DNA of 64,000 nt, from positions 7,130,001-7,194,000 of the forward strand of contig OZ024755.1 of assembly GCA_964016885.1 (NCBI GenBank). The letters run 5' to 3'. The notes beneath the pieces are model-generated. The model saw only the letters and a list, made by a program, of their open reading frames with translations. It was not told where the DNA came from and did no database searches. Below, one piece after another: positions 42,614-58,394 of this stretch (its first letter is position 1; each line of letters opens with the position of its first letter). Source of the DNA: Eledone cirrhosa. Lineage: Eukaryota. Made by a program: the position numbers and the translations under genes.

Positions 42614-42645
<32 letters not shown>

Positions 42646-43092
42646 CATCGTAACAGAGAGAGATGGAGACTGCGTAAGAGAGAGGGCGACAGTGTGAAGG
42701 GGTGAGAGAAATAGTCATTTAGGGGCTTCATATTAGAAAGCTATTTGACGTAGTTAATGTGAATGTGTAACCAGATGTGTTAGTATATGTGACAGGCTAA
42801 ATGACAAACATATATAAGGAGACATACACATAGAAAGTTTTATAATATTAAAACGCCTACGAACACACACAAACATACACACGCACACAGACATACACAT
42901 ACATACACTTGAACACATACACAAACTTATTCAAACGCTCACGTACATAGTAATGCACACATGCGTGTTTTTCTGTGGGCCAAGCGAATAACAGGACGCT
43001 TTTCACATTTGTTTAAATTATTTAAATTTCCACACCATATCTTATGAACTGTGGTTACACCTATATTAAATTCGTCATTTTACATGGCTTCG

Positions 43093-43153
<61 letters not shown>

Positions 43154-43437
43154 TGCTATTTAAGGTAACTTAAAATGCAGTGTGAATACGAAGAAAGCAA
43201 GACCAGGGGGGGGGGTTCCTCATCAGTTGTCTTTAAAGCGTAGAATATTTCTACCCTTTAAAGACAAGATATCTCACCCCAGGGCGTCGATAACTGGATG
43301 AGTTATTGGGAAAACGGAGGAGGGAAGGAAGGGAAGAAAAGAGAAAACAGTAAAAAAAAAAAACACCCCAAAAAACAAACAAACAAATTGAGCAATGTGC
43401 GAGCAACTTAAGGTGTATATATATATATATATATATA

Positions 43438-43634
43438 TAACGAACGAAATGTGGTAAGGAACCAGGTGGACCATAACGCACCAAAGTACTCGATACTTGA
43501 GGTAGTAGAGTGGGTTATAGGAACCAGTAAGACCCCGACAGCTGAGCTCAAGCCGTTTCGACGGCTAATTCTGGTCCAGAATTAGCCGTCGAAACGGCTT
43601 GAGCTCAGCTGTCGGGGTCTTACTGGTTCCTATA
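43438..43634 (-). mobile_element. Family P1 element with perfect 59-bp-arm fold-back (43516-43634)
   Basis: Axis at T43575; (TA)n on both sides. Confidence 0.85.
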
Positions 43635-44312
43635 TATATATATATATATGAATATATATGCATATATATATGCATATATATATGTATATTTATATATATA
43701 TTGTTATACTTGGGGAAGGTAATATTGGTGTAATAATTGTTTCTATTTTTGGGACAAGCCCACAATTACCCAGTGCATTACTGGTACTTTATTTTATCGA
43801 CACCATAAGGATGAAAGGCAAAGTTAACCTTGTTGTAATAATATTGCCAGAAATAATAACAGAACACACTCACTGTTTAGTTGGCTTTCACTTCTGTGTC
43901 TTTTACATCTCCATAGTTAACTTATTTGGCAATAAATGTTTATCCTTGAATGACCAACGGTTAAAAATACAGATATAAATATATATATATAATCTATCAA
44001 AGTTCTTTCGTTGCACATCTGCAATATATGTATATATATATATATATATACATATATGTATATATACATATAAGTATATATATATACATATATGTATATA
44101 TATATACATATATGTATATATGGAAAGTTATATTTAAATTGTTGGGTTAACAACGAGTAAATATTTATAACTGATATAAAAGCACTCAACAAGTATTTGG
44201 AGTATATTTATGATATTAAATAAATGGAAACTATATTTATAAAACCATATTTATTTCGTTATATATATTTCAGGGATATCATATTTATTTATTTATAAGA
44301 CTGTTTATATTG

Positions 44313-44378
44313 TATTTTGTCTGAAGAAGGCATAACATATTGTTAATATGATATCCCTGAAATATATATAACGAAATA
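44313..44378 (+). ncRNA. Type I HHR overlapping a 77-bp-arm inverted repeat (44209-44285 / 44345-44421)
   Basis: Stem I UAUUUUGU/ACGAAAUA; CUGAAGA; stem II AGG...CCU; GAAA; palindromic UAUAUA; UA site. Confidence 0.75.
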
Positions 44379-44457
44379 AATATGGTTTTATAAATATAGT
44401 TTCCATTTATTTAATATCATATATGTATATATATATATATACATATGTATATATACA

Positions 44458-44497
<40 letters not shown>

Positions 44498-44651
44498 TGT
44501 ATATATATATACATATATGTATATATATATACATATATGTACATATATATATACATATATGTATATATATATACATATATGTATATATATATATATATAC
44601 ATATATGTATATATATATATATACATATATGTATATATATATATACATATG

Positions 44652-44701
<50 letters not shown>

Positions 44702-44723
44702 TGTATATATATATATACATATG

Positions 44724-44792
<69 letters not shown>

Positions 44793-45143
44793 GAAGGAAG
44801 TGTGGTAAGGAACCAGGTGGACCATAAGGCACCTGAGCACTCGATACTATGGGTAGTAGAGTGGGTAATAGGAAAACAGTCAGGATCCCGACGGCTAAGC
44901 TCCGGTCGTTTCGACAGCTATTTCTGAACTCAGGAATAGCTGTCGAAACGGCTGGAGCTCAGCCGTCGGGCTCATGACTATTTTCCTATATATATATATA
45001 CATATATATATAGTTGGATGGTTGCATGAAAAATGAGTCCGTAGGTGGTATGCCGGTTGAGCACTCGATGCTAGCGTAAAGTAGAGTATAATACTATAAG
45101 GATAAGGAACAAGGATTTAGTGTTGCATCAAAACATATTTAAT

Positions 45144-45237
45144 AACATATTACATGCGTTTCATTATCGATCAGTTCGAGGCAAGACCTATTATAGATCG
45201 AACCTGACTCTGCAATCGAAAGGTCGTCAGATATGTT
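45144..45237 (-). ncRNA. Type I HHR with extended stem II
   Basis: Minus strand AACAUAU-CUGACGA-[61 nt with UCGA..UCAG..UUCGA / UCGAA-CUGA-UCGA pairing]-GAAA-CGCAUG-UA-AUAUGUU. Confidence 0.65.
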
Positions 45238-45258
45238 TAGTATATGAATTTGTCTCCG

Positions 45259-45336
<78 letters not shown>

Positions 45337-45370
45337 TGTATATATATATATAGATGTATATATATATATA

Positions 45371-45457
<87 letters not shown>

Positions 45458-45481
45458 GTATATATATATATATATATATAA

Positions 45482-45519
<38 letters not shown>

Positions 45520-46078
45520 GTATATATATATATCTATATATCTATATATATATATATCTATATATATATATATATTATACATATATATATATATATTATA
45601 TATATATATTATACATATATATATATATATATATATATATGGTGGCTGCCAACTCGTTTTCGAGTACGGCCACTACTTTATATCCATGTAGGAGAACCCC
45701 TACTGATGCGCTGAACGAGTGTGACTTTTTAGTCCAGCCAGCGACTTGAAAGCTCTGGTACAAACACTACACTTGTGACAATTATTGACACATAGTGCTG
45801 GGCCCATGGTACCATGTGACGACAAATGCAGAGAGATCTCCAGATATAAAGCAATGCCTGTGCCGTGAAGCTTTTATAGTGAGCAAAGGCACTGCACAAA
45901 GCCAGTCCCACTCTCTTAACCAAGATGATATTTACCAAAAAGAAGAACAAGTCAACATCATTGGATACCATCAGGGTTGCAGGTGTTATATCAGGGTTTT
46001 CCTTCTCCTAGAATACTGCCTTGACAAAGGCTAAGGGGTCATCTCTCCCATATATATCTCTCCCATATATATATATAT

Positions 46079-46263
<185 letters not shown>

Positions 46264-46264
46264 C

Positions 46265-46423
<159 letters not shown>

Positions 46424-46434
46424 CATATATATAC

Positions 46435-46535
<101 letters not shown>

Positions 46536-46582
46536 TATATACATATACATATATATATATATACATATATATATACATATAC

Positions 46583-46654
<72 letters not shown>

Positions 46655-46657
46655 ATT

Positions 46658-46761
<104 letters not shown>

Positions 46762-46860
46762 TATATATATACATATATATTTATATATATATATATATAT
46801 GTATATACATATATATTTATATATATATACATAAATATATATATATATGTATATATATAC

Positions 46861-46919
<59 letters not shown>

Positions 46920-47485
46920 CATCTGTGACTGTGTGTGTGTGTGCAATGAAGCTGATAGCAGCTGTACAGTAGCCATGTGGGAGATGTAATCTCAGTTCAT
47001 GTTGTTTCGCAGATATCACCTCAATATTGAACCCCGCAGATGTGCTAACATTCCTTACATTAGTCATACACATTTCAATAACACATTGATACCACAAAGA
47101 CGCATGGCTTAGTGGTTAGTGTGTATCACTCACGATCGTAAGATCGCGAATTCGGTTTCCGGGTGTCCTGCGTCGTGTCCTTGAATTGTAATTCACTCGC
47201 ACTTTAACTGGAACCCCAATATATATATATATATAATTGTTTCTACTTTAGGCACAAGGCCAGCAACTACCCAGTGCAAAGTCAACCTCGGCGGGATTGG
47301 AAATCAGATCGTAAACGGACGTAACTATGCTGGAAAGCATGGCGTCCGACCCTCTACCGATACTGCCAATCCACAGTTATTTTTCCTAAATCTTTCGTTA
47401 ACTACTTTTCCCATCTTGACGTTATAGTCGCATATATGTTATAGAATGCCGTTAACTTCTTGCTAAAACAATCTCTATACCTCTC

Positions 47486-47559
<74 letters not shown>

Positions 47560-47700
47560 ACAGGGGGCTGGACTGGTGTAAATCCTTGAAAGGTTTATTA
47601 TACTATGATCATTTCAATGACCAATTCTATCTAGTGGTGAACCAACAAACCTAAAGATATATATATATATATTTAATTACATAATAAACAACACCTATAA

Positions 47701-47760
47701 TTATTTTATTTCCGAAGGTTTCTTGCAAGAAACATCTAGTTCAATTGTCAGACAAAATAA
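47701..47760 (-). ncRNA. Decayed HHR related to the 48140 motif
   Basis: Minus strand UUAUUUUGU-CUGACAA-UUG...CAA-GAAA-CCUUCGG-AA-AUAAAAUAA; two core mutations, stems retained. Confidence 0.5.
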
Positions 47761-47914
47761 TTGTTTTGGATATAAATTTCGAATATATACATATATATAT
47801 TATTACTACAGAGTACAGATTAGTACAAATTAAAGTGTAAGCAAAGAATGACCGCTGCTTTCACCCTACTACGGGATCTTCTGAAATTCTTTTAATGATA
47901 AACATTTGCTCTAA

Positions 47915-47967
<53 letters not shown>

Positions 47968-47971
<4 letters not shown>

Positions 47972-48234
47972 TTATTATGTAATAAACAACATAAGGCAAT
48001 TATTCCATTTACCAGTGGTTTCTTAAAAGCAAAAGGTTTTGCTTTCAATCCTCAGAACGGAAAAATCCTGGTTTGTTTATTGAATTTGGATTACAAACAA
48101 AAAGTTTGTAATCCAAATTCAATAAACAAACCAGGATTTTTCCGTTCTGAGGATTGAAAGCAAAACCTTTTGCTTTTAAGAAACCACTGGTAAATGGAAT
48201 AATTGCCTTATGTTGTTTATTACATAATAATAAT
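47968..48234. repeat. Perfect inverted repeat, 131-bp arms with 5-bp spacer; each arm carries an HHR
   Basis: Arms 47968-48098 and 48104-48234. Confidence 0.92.
48140..48199 (+). ncRNA. Intact type I HHR; mirror copy at 48003-48062 (-)
   Basis: Stem I UUCCGUU/AAUGGAA; CUGAGGA; stem II UUGAAAGCAAA/UUUGCUUUUAA; GAAA; CCACUGG; UA site. Confidence 0.85.
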
Positions 48235-48325
48235 AATTAAGCTCTGTTGCCTACATAGAGCACTCTTTTTTCCTGGACTTTTCCGATGGAATTACTTCAT
48301 TCACACACACATATATATATATAGG

Positions 48326-48510
48326 GGAGGGTCATATTGTTGTAATAATATTGCCAGAAATAATAACAGAACATACTCACTGTTTGGTTGGTTTTCGCTT
48401 CTGTATCTTTTATATCTCCAGAAGCGAAAACCAACCAAACAGTGAGTGTGTTGTGTTATTATTTCTGGCAATATCATAACAATATGACCCTTCCCAAGTA
48501 TAACAATATT
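48326..48510. mobile_element. (TA)n-embedded fold-back element, family P3
   Basis: Arms about 48326-48402 and 48419-48494 plus a short tail; single-arm copies at 43700-43897 and 59692-59787. Confidence 0.75.
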
Positions 48511-48547
48511 TGTTTCGACACACGATTTCATATAAAAAACCTTGCAA

Positions 48548-48591
<44 letters not shown>

Positions 48592-48916
48592 CCTTAACGA
48601 GCCCTCTTCGGATTTTGGTCTTCATAATTATTATTCCCATATGGGTCGGTTTTGCCAAACATTATCCTAATGGATCTTTCGGAGAAGGGCGTTAAAAGTC
48701 CAGGGAGATGGTTAGGAGGATTTGTTCAATTGTTGAACGAGATGCTTGTAGTATTTGTGTCGGATCTTTGCTTTCTGAGTTCAAATCCTACTGTGGCCTT
48801 CTTGGGTGTTAGAAATATATCCATTACCAGGTATAACACAAAACACCTCCACCACCACCACCATCACCACTACCACCACCAACAACAACACCAGCAGTGG
48901 GAGAGAGAGAGAGAGA

Positions 48917-48963
<47 letters not shown>

Positions 48964-49624
48964 AAAGACGGAGAGTGAGAGAGAGAGAGAGATAGACATA
49001 GTGCTAGAGAGACAGATAGTAAGAGGCAGGGAGTGAGAGACAGAGAGAAACTATGTTAAAAGGCAGATAAAGAGAGAGATAGAGATAGATAGAGAGATAC
49101 AGTGAGAGAGAAAGAGAGAGTTATTCATTAATTAATAGAATGTAAATCAAGGTATACTACTCTGAAGTGGAATATAAAGTTATTTCCCTTGCAATAATTT
49201 TATTTAATTGTAAATAATTTTATATTTAAAAGTAAAAAGTGAGGCTGAATTTTAAGAGAAAACGTTCTATCCTGTCAAATTTAATCTTTTTTTTTTTACG
49301 TTCTGAATTCAACTTCCGCTGAGGTCCACTTTACCTTTCGTCAATCTGAAGTCGATAAAATAAAGTACCAGTTTATTACTAAGGTCAATATAATCAACTC
49401 TCCTTCTCCCCACTCACGAAATTGCTGGCCTTGTGCTAAAAAATTTAGAAGCAATTATTAATATCAGAAATTATAATTATTATTCTGAGTTCAAATCCCG
49501 CCGAGGTTAGCTTCGCTTTTCATTCTTACGTGGTCGATAAATAAAGGACCAGTAAAGCACTGGGGTTGATTTAATCGCCCCCCCCCCCCCTCCCAATTGC
49601 TGGCCTTGTGTCTATATAAGAAAC

Positions 49625-49691
<67 letters not shown>

Positions 49692-50143
49692 GTTATTGCT
49701 GTTGTTGTTGCTGTTGTTGTTTTTGTTGATGTTTTTGTTGTTGTGATTGTTGTTGTTGTTGGTGTTGTTATTAGTGCCGTGTTTCCGCTTAAAAGAAAAA
49801 AAGAAGCACGCTTTGATTCTTTGTGATTTTCTGTTACGCGCGCGTGTGTGTGTGTGTGTCTGTGTGTGAATGTGAGTATATCTGTGTGTGTGTGTGTGTG
49901 AGTCCATGAGAGAGAGAGACAGAGAGCGAGAGCGTGGGTGAAAGAGAGAGAGTGAGCGAGAGAAAGAGAATATTATTTCCTTTGCTACTTCAATATTAGG
50001 CTTTACATCTCGACAAAATTATTTTTGTATTTCCTCCGTAACTGACTTAATTGCTTGTTACTGTTACCCTACACTTTAAACTATAAACCCGTATTTCTGC
50101 ACAACCTGTTTCATTAACCATGCGTACGTGTATGTATGCATGC

Positions 50144-50232
<89 letters not shown>

Positions 50233-50963
50233 TTCTTTCTTTCTTTCTTTCTTTCTCTCTCTCTCTCTCTCTCTCTCTGTATATATATATATATGCACAC
50301 ATATATGTATATATATATGCACACATGTATGTATATATATATATGCACACATGTATATATATATGCACACATGTATATATATATGCACACATGTATATAT
50401 ATATGCACACATATATGTATATATATGCATATATATGCACACATATATGTATATATATATACACATATATGTATATATATATATATATATACACATATAT
50501 GTATATATATATATATACACATATATGTATATATATATATATATACATATATGTACATATATATATATATATACACATATATGTATATATATATATATAT
50601 ATACACACATATATATATATATATACACATATATGAATATATATATATATATATACACACATATATGAATATATATATATATATACACACACACATTTAT
50701 GAATATATATATATATATACACACACATATATATATATATATATATATGCACACATATATGTATATATATATATGCACACATATATGTATATATATATGC
50801 ATACATATATGTATATATATATATATGCATACATATATGTATATATATATATGCACACATATATGTATATATATATATGCACACATATATGTATATATAT
50901 GCACACATATATGTATATATATATATGCACACATATATGTATATATATATATACACATATATG

Positions 50964-50995
<32 letters not shown>

Positions 50996-51067
50996 TGTAT
51001 ATATACACACACATATGTATATATATATACACACATATATGTATATATATATACACACATATATGTA

Positions 51068-51099
<32 letters not shown>

Positions 51100-51130
51100 C
51101 AGATATATATATATATATATATACATATAT

Positions 51131-51210
<80 letters not shown>

Positions 51211-52904
51211 GGAGGTTTACAGTAGAGAAGAAAAAGAATAACTATTAATTAGTAAACTAACAGCTTTCAGTGAAAATACTAAAGTAAACACCAAAATATA
51301 TAATAGAAAAAAGGGATATAGTAAGCTAAGGGAAATAACTCAATTGAGTCAATGACTTAAATTCAGACAAGGAACTACGTACTGAATGTTATGTAGAAAA
51401 TAAAAAAGGGAGAAAACTTTTAGTTACTTCTCTGGATAAAGCACAAAATCTCATGACCATTGATAAGTAACTCTCAAGGAAAAGGGTAGATAATTTCAAG
51501 AAATTAAGAATTAACTTTTTTTTATTCCGATTCATTGTGCTTTGAGTTCAAATCTACAGACGTATCAGTGCAATAGTAGTGAAATGATAGAATTGGTAAA
51601 GAGTCTGAGCGTCTGGAAGCCTTTCTAAGAACGTCTCGCCCTTTACTGTAAGCTGGGTTCTAGATCGGCATCTTGTACTGAGGTTGGGATTGTGTGAGAG
51701 TAGCAGATAAAGCTTGTGTGTGTGTGTGTGTGTGTGTGTATGCAGAATCCTCAAAAACCTGATCAAACACTCACAATGGTCTGATAGATACCGACTAGAT
51801 ATCCGAAATACGCCAGTGTGCACCTGGACCATAGGTTCATCTAGATCGTATATATATAGACTTTTCATTTGGTTAGCAGATAGGGATTGCATAGTGTCCA
51901 CAATTCCAAACGGTCTCCTATTTAGATCACAATACATTCTGAAAATGATGACAATCCTGCAACTAAAGCCGAAAAGTACATCAACATGTTGGTAAAACAT
52001 GAAGGTCAACGGAGACTGTGCACTAAATGAGAGCAAAAACCACTGCATGGGCAGTATGTTCTCCGTAGCCAAAAAACCCTGATATAAATCAAACTCCGAT
52101 AACGAATAATCGTTGTCGAAACCGATGGAGGTCCAACAACAGCAGCAACAACAACAACAACAACAGGATCTAGTGTTGTTTATGTAGGGGTGTGTGACAT
52201 ATGTTGTGCTATTCTACTATATGTTTATTGCGTAAGGCATGTGTTATGTGCAGGGCATATATTATGTGAGGTGTGCTATTGAGTTGAAAGTCTGTTCTGT
52301 GTGAGGTGTGTTACATATAGTAGAGCTGTGCTTTAGGCTCTATCTAACGCTCTGAACTTTGCCAGGACTGGTGAGTTTTATTCAGATTTATTTTTTATTA
52401 TACTTCTAACCACGCATCCTGTTTATTTCAATTTCAAGATCTTTGTATGTTGACATACATAAAGAGGTTTCCCCACTCCTTTATGGACATAATTATTTCG
52501 AGGAGGAAAGCTATGCTGATGACCTTTCCAGGGTCTTCGTCTCTGATTGGAAGAAGGACTGATGGTTTCCTCAAAATAGAAACTTAGTCCGAATATTTGG
52601 AACAGGAGAAGTGGGGATCTGCTAAAAGAACCCGAGGAGAATGTGATGTCGTCTTCCCGGGTTACAGTTTTAGTGTTCCAGCCAAGGACTAGGAATGTCC
52701 TTTTAAGCTTGCTTCCACACAGTTTTCCTATGCCAAATTTCATTCACAAAGCTTTGCAATTCCAAAGGGAACGTGTCACTCACATGGTCGTGATAGTGTC
52801 CGTATTAGAAATAAATGTAATAGCAAATACTAATATTGCAGGAAAACTGTACCGATGACATTTTTCTGTCCCTCTATGACTGGGAGGAAAGAAGGACGGA
52901 CGGA

Positions 52905-53077
52905 CGAAGTTCTTCCCAGACTCGGGAATTGGCCAGAATTCTTGCAACAGAATGGACTAAATTAAAGTTCTCCCCAGACTCGGGACTTGGCTAGTATTCT
53001 TGCAACAGACTGGACTACATTTAAAGTTCTCCCCAGACTCGGGACTTGGACAGAATTCTTGATATAGAATGGACTAA
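52905..53077. repeat. ~60-bp tandem repeat (3 units)
   Basis: aagttct.cccagactcggga.ttgg..ag.attcttg...aga.tggacta repeated. Confidence 0.85.
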
Positions 53078-53576
53078 TCCAAGGTTATTTTTTGACCAGG
53101 GGACATGGTCTTTTTGTTCTTATTCGTTTAGAGATCAGTTAGGCTTCTGCTACTGATACAATACTTTGGATTCTAGCTAGAATTTCAAGCCCTTCAAAAT
53201 TAGTATCTATGTAACATCGTCCCCCATAAATTCAACGTTAAAAATGGTCTACCAACTTCGACATTTTCACTAGAATATACAGTATATATTAACACAAATA
53301 CTCTATACATTGTCATTTCCTGTCGCTGGGAACTAAAATTATTCCATCTAAGAGACACAACTATTTTAAGGGGGAGTAATTCTCAAAGGGGAAACAACTG
53401 AAGTAAGCGTAGTGATGAATGCTTATTTGGTAGTTTATATATATATATTTATATATATAGGAAAATGTTCAAGACCACGGGGTCTTGAACATTTTCCTAT
53501 TACCCACTCTACTACCCAAAGTATTGAGTACTCTGGTGCGTTATGGTCCACCTGGTTCCTTACCATACTTCCTTCG

Positions 53577-53622
<46 letters not shown>

Positions 53623-54589
53623 CGAAGCAGATATGTGTCCAGAAATAGCCGTCGAAACGGCTTGAGCTCTACCGTCGGGGTCATACATTTTCCTATATAT
53701 ATATATATATATACACATAATGTGTGTGTAATGAATGAGAGTGAAGTATTGGGAATATCCGAAACTCTATTGGATATCACAAGCTGCGTAAATATCATGT
53801 GACTGGGGGAAATCACATGACACTGACGTCACTGATATTGACAGCACACTGTTATTTTCTTCCTCTGTCGTGTGTATTTGTATATGTGGTCTGTTGAATA
53901 GAAGTCTGAATCATTCAAGCTAAAATCGATTTGAGATATTGAACTATCGAAGCTGGTTTCTAAATTTATAAAAAAATAAAAAAAATATCACAAATCCCAG
54001 TACGACACAAACAACAACAACAATGACGATGATGATGATAACAATGATGAAAATGACAACAAAAACGATAACACCAACAACAATGACATCGATAGCGGCA
54101 GCGGTGATAGCAACAACATCGTCAATGACGGCGAAAGCAACAACGACGTTATTGACGGCGATAGCAACAACAACGTCACTGGCGGTGATATCAACAGCGA
54201 CGTCAATGACAGTGATAGCAACAAGAACGTCAATGACGGTGATAGCAACAATGATGGCATTTACAGCGATAGCAACAGCGAAGGCGGCAGTGGTGATAGC
54301 AACAACACCATCAAGGACAACAAAGACAAATATAACAAAAATAATAGCTACCCCCACCACCCACCACTTGAACCATCACCACCACCACCAGTACCACCAC
54401 AACAACAACCCCACCTCCAAGCCAACCACTTGAACCACCACCACCACCACCATCATCACCACCTCCACCAAGTTAAATATAAAGCTATTTCTGCATTTTT
54501 GGAACTTTCATCACAGTATTGCCTGCACACAGACACACACACAGACACGCAGACACACAGACACGCAGACACGCAGACACACAGACACG

Positions 54590-54625
<36 letters not shown>

Positions 54626-54736
54626 CACACGCAAATACACACACATAACAAAGATTAACAAGGATTTTAATTAAAGCATTTAATTGATTTACGAGCGTTT
54701 CGTAAGAGTTTATATATATATATATATATATATATG

Positions 54737-54882
<146 letters not shown>

Positions 54883-55504
54883 AACTGTTTTATAAACATG
54901 CTTGCACTTGTGTATAAATATATATATATATACTTGCATATACACGCATGTGCGTGCATATGCAAGTATATGCATGTGTGGAGAAAAGAAACAGGGTGAA
55001 AGATATATAAAGATAAGGAGAGATAGATAGACTGATTCATAGATACATAGACAGATGGATAGATAGATAGATAGGTAGGTACATAGATAGACAGATAGTG
55101 TAAGAGAGAGTAATAGAATTTGATATTTATGAAGGTACAATATGCATTTGCAAGTCTCTATACAATTATACACACACACATACACATACATACACATATA
55201 TTATTGTATATACACTTATACGTATAAATAGATCGATCAATCGATATATCGGTCCTTAGATCAATGGATTGTCAAATATAGAGACAGCAGTATTTTTTTT
55301 ATGCATATATACATGTGTGTGTGTGTGTGTGTGCATTTTCACGCGTGTGTGTGTGCGTTTGCGCGCGTGCATGTGTGTGTGTGTGTCTGTGCGTGTATGT
55401 ATACACACACACACACATTTGCTCATAGCTTCGTACTTATATGCACACACACTCTTTTACTCACATATGCACACACATTTCTTCTTAGCTTCGTACGTAC
55501 CTAT

Positions 55505-55575
<71 letters not shown>

Positions 55576-55801
55576 CTTACGCACGTGCTCAAGTATAGCT
55601 CTTTTTACAAAACGTTTTTTTTCCATTTCAGGTAGACGCGCGCCATCATCCACTTTTCTAAAAAATAAATCATACACAAAACGCCAGCACCAATAGTTTT
55701 GCAAAATATGTCAACATGAATGGACCTGTTATTTTTATCTAAAAACATTTTTTCCAATTCCAACCCGCTCGTCCCCTCAATCTATTTTATTTCTCATTCT
55801 T

Positions 55802-55837
55802 TCTTTTGATGAAGGACTAGCGTCCGAAACGTTAAGA
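55802..55837 (+). ncRNA. Minimal PLE-type HHR (C3U variant)
   Basis: UCUU-UUGAUGA-A-GGAC(UAGC)GUCC-GAAA-CG-UU-AAGA; palindromic AACGUU stem III; (TA)n follows about 85 bp downstream. Confidence 0.6.
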
Positions 55838-55937
55838 CCATCTTCCTGCTATCTCAAGCGTTAACCTAATATATCCCTTACATATACTGTACCGATTGTG
55901 TTGTTATTTCTGTTTACCTTTTATATATATATATATA

Positions 55938-55978
<41 letters not shown>

Positions 55979-55982
55979 GATA

Positions 55983-56013
<31 letters not shown>

Positions 56014-56895
56014 GTGTGTATATATAAATATATATATATATATTGAAAGAGAGAGGGGTGTAAAATCAATAAGACAAACTGAAGTTTGAACTAAGCGCAT
56101 TACATCGACTATAATTGCCGTTAGTTTGTAGTGAAACTAAAGTCTGTAGTCTATAGTAGCATCCTTACTATGTCTATGATTAGATGTCTAGACTATACCT
56201 GGGCCATACTAATTGCCTTCAGTGTAATAGTGATAGTAACGTCTCTATTATTTAGTTTCTTGTAATATCACTATTACGTTCATTGCTGTATATACCTCTG
56301 TGTTTCTTTATATCCTGAGATAACAAAAGAGTCTCACCTTAGCAAATTTAACGATCCCAAATATTAAAAAAAAACCATTAAAAACCCATTATCAAGGTAG
56401 TAACCTTATAAGAGACTTAAACATCGATCGGATAGACTTGCTTGTTTGGAAGCAGATTTAAGTTAAATGAAATAAAAAGACGTTAAAATTTCGAACGTGC
56501 GCATTGTAAAATGTATGATATATGTATGATATATGCATGTGTGTGCGTGAATGTATGTATGCGTGTGTATGAATATTAAACAATGCTTCAAGCAAGCTAC
56601 AAAACTCTATATCCATATGTTTGTATATACTTTCGATCTATGTACACATGTGAGTTTCTGTCTGTATCGATATTTGTATGAGATTGTGAAGTGGTGGAGT
56701 CGGCAGAACGTCGGATAAAAGGATTTGTCTTGGCTTGTTCTGCTCTGTTTTCAAATCCTACCGAGGTCAACTTGGCCTTTCCTAATTTCTAGGTCGATAA
56801 ATAAAGTAGCGGTTTAATACGCGATCTATTCTTTCTGAATATCTCTCTTGCCTTCTTTCTAATTTTCTGGAAGAAATGTTTTTCATTTAGACCTA

Positions 56896-57066
56896 TCGTA
56901 TTTCCCGGCGTCGAAGACACGCTACTTTTTTTCCTAAAATAATTCTAAAAAATCTATCATGCGTCCTGGAAGCCGAAGGTTGTTTATTATTTTTTTTCAA
57001 ATTTCTGGTTGTCAAAATTGGGGTGTGTCTTCGAGGACGAAGCGTCTTCGGCGCCGGGAAATACGG
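56896..57066 (-). mobile_element. TcMar (Tc2/pogo-like) MITE
   Basis: TIR (C/T)CGTATTTCCCGGCG...CGCCGGGAAATACGG; homologous to 26567-26702. Confidence 0.8.
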
Positions 57067-57816
57067 TTATTTTAAATAATTTCTCTCGGTTTCCAATGCA
57101 TCAGGTACATTTTTTTACGATGTAGTGTATGTTTTACGAAGTAAAATGATTTGCTGGAAATTCAGATATATGAAGACTGTAAAGATTTTTTTGCGTTTGT
57201 TTGTAGAAAAGGATTTTGGATGTGATTTGATTAGATTTTTCTTCTCTATAGCCTTCAACATTTTTCTATTTCTCCTGCTATATCAACGACCAGTTTCTAT
57301 TCCTACGTTTATTTCCGATTTATAGTCATTCGTCTATTTGATCAGTTTTAATGTTTAGCTAATATCCTGTCAATAGCTAAATTTCATTCAGATGAATCTA
57401 GAGTTAATCCCCTTGATTTACTGAACTCTCTTCGATAATGATTCTCTGGCAATTTCCCCAGGGTGTGATTATTCCTTTATTTATTTATTTATTATTCAAT
57501 TATTCAGGGGGTTCCGAATAGAGCCCTTGATCATGGTAGGAGTGTTACGATCTACAATGATAATATCGTGTGCGAATTCCCTCAATACTTTCCCGAATAC
57601 TTGTAAGTTATTTTAATAAAAAGGGGAGATCACTGGAGAAATTTTATGGGCGACATTAATGCAGCTTCTAATGTTTAATTATCAGCAACAAGATGGCTGA
57701 CTTTGAATGGCAAAGGAACGTCGATGAATATATTTGTGTGTGTGTATATATTGACAAAGAACAAATCAAAAACAAGGAGTGCAGTACGAACAGTGTTGGT
57801 ATTAGGTGCGTGCACG

Positions 57817-57979
<163 letters not shown>

Positions 57980-58349
57980 ATAGCCGAAAGCTTGGCTGTC
58001 TCGTTAAGGAGTCTGCTTTGCAAACACGTAGCTGTGTGTTCAGTCTAGCTGTAAAGCACGTTCTATAACTGTCTTCCCGAGCTAACCAATGGCTTCTACA
58101 GGACTACAACTGTTTCATTCGGGAGAAATCATCAATATTTATACTCTGCTATATATTGAGTACCTTACTTACTGTGGTTACGTGGTTACCCCCGATTGAA
58201 CCCGGGATAAACTTATATATATATATACCACCATAATCAACGTGGGTTTTCGATTCCTTTACACACACACACATATAAATATCTACATATATATATATCA
58301 TATATACACAGATACTCTCATAAACACACACGCATATAAGTGCGTGTAA

Positions 58350-58394
<45 letters not shown>

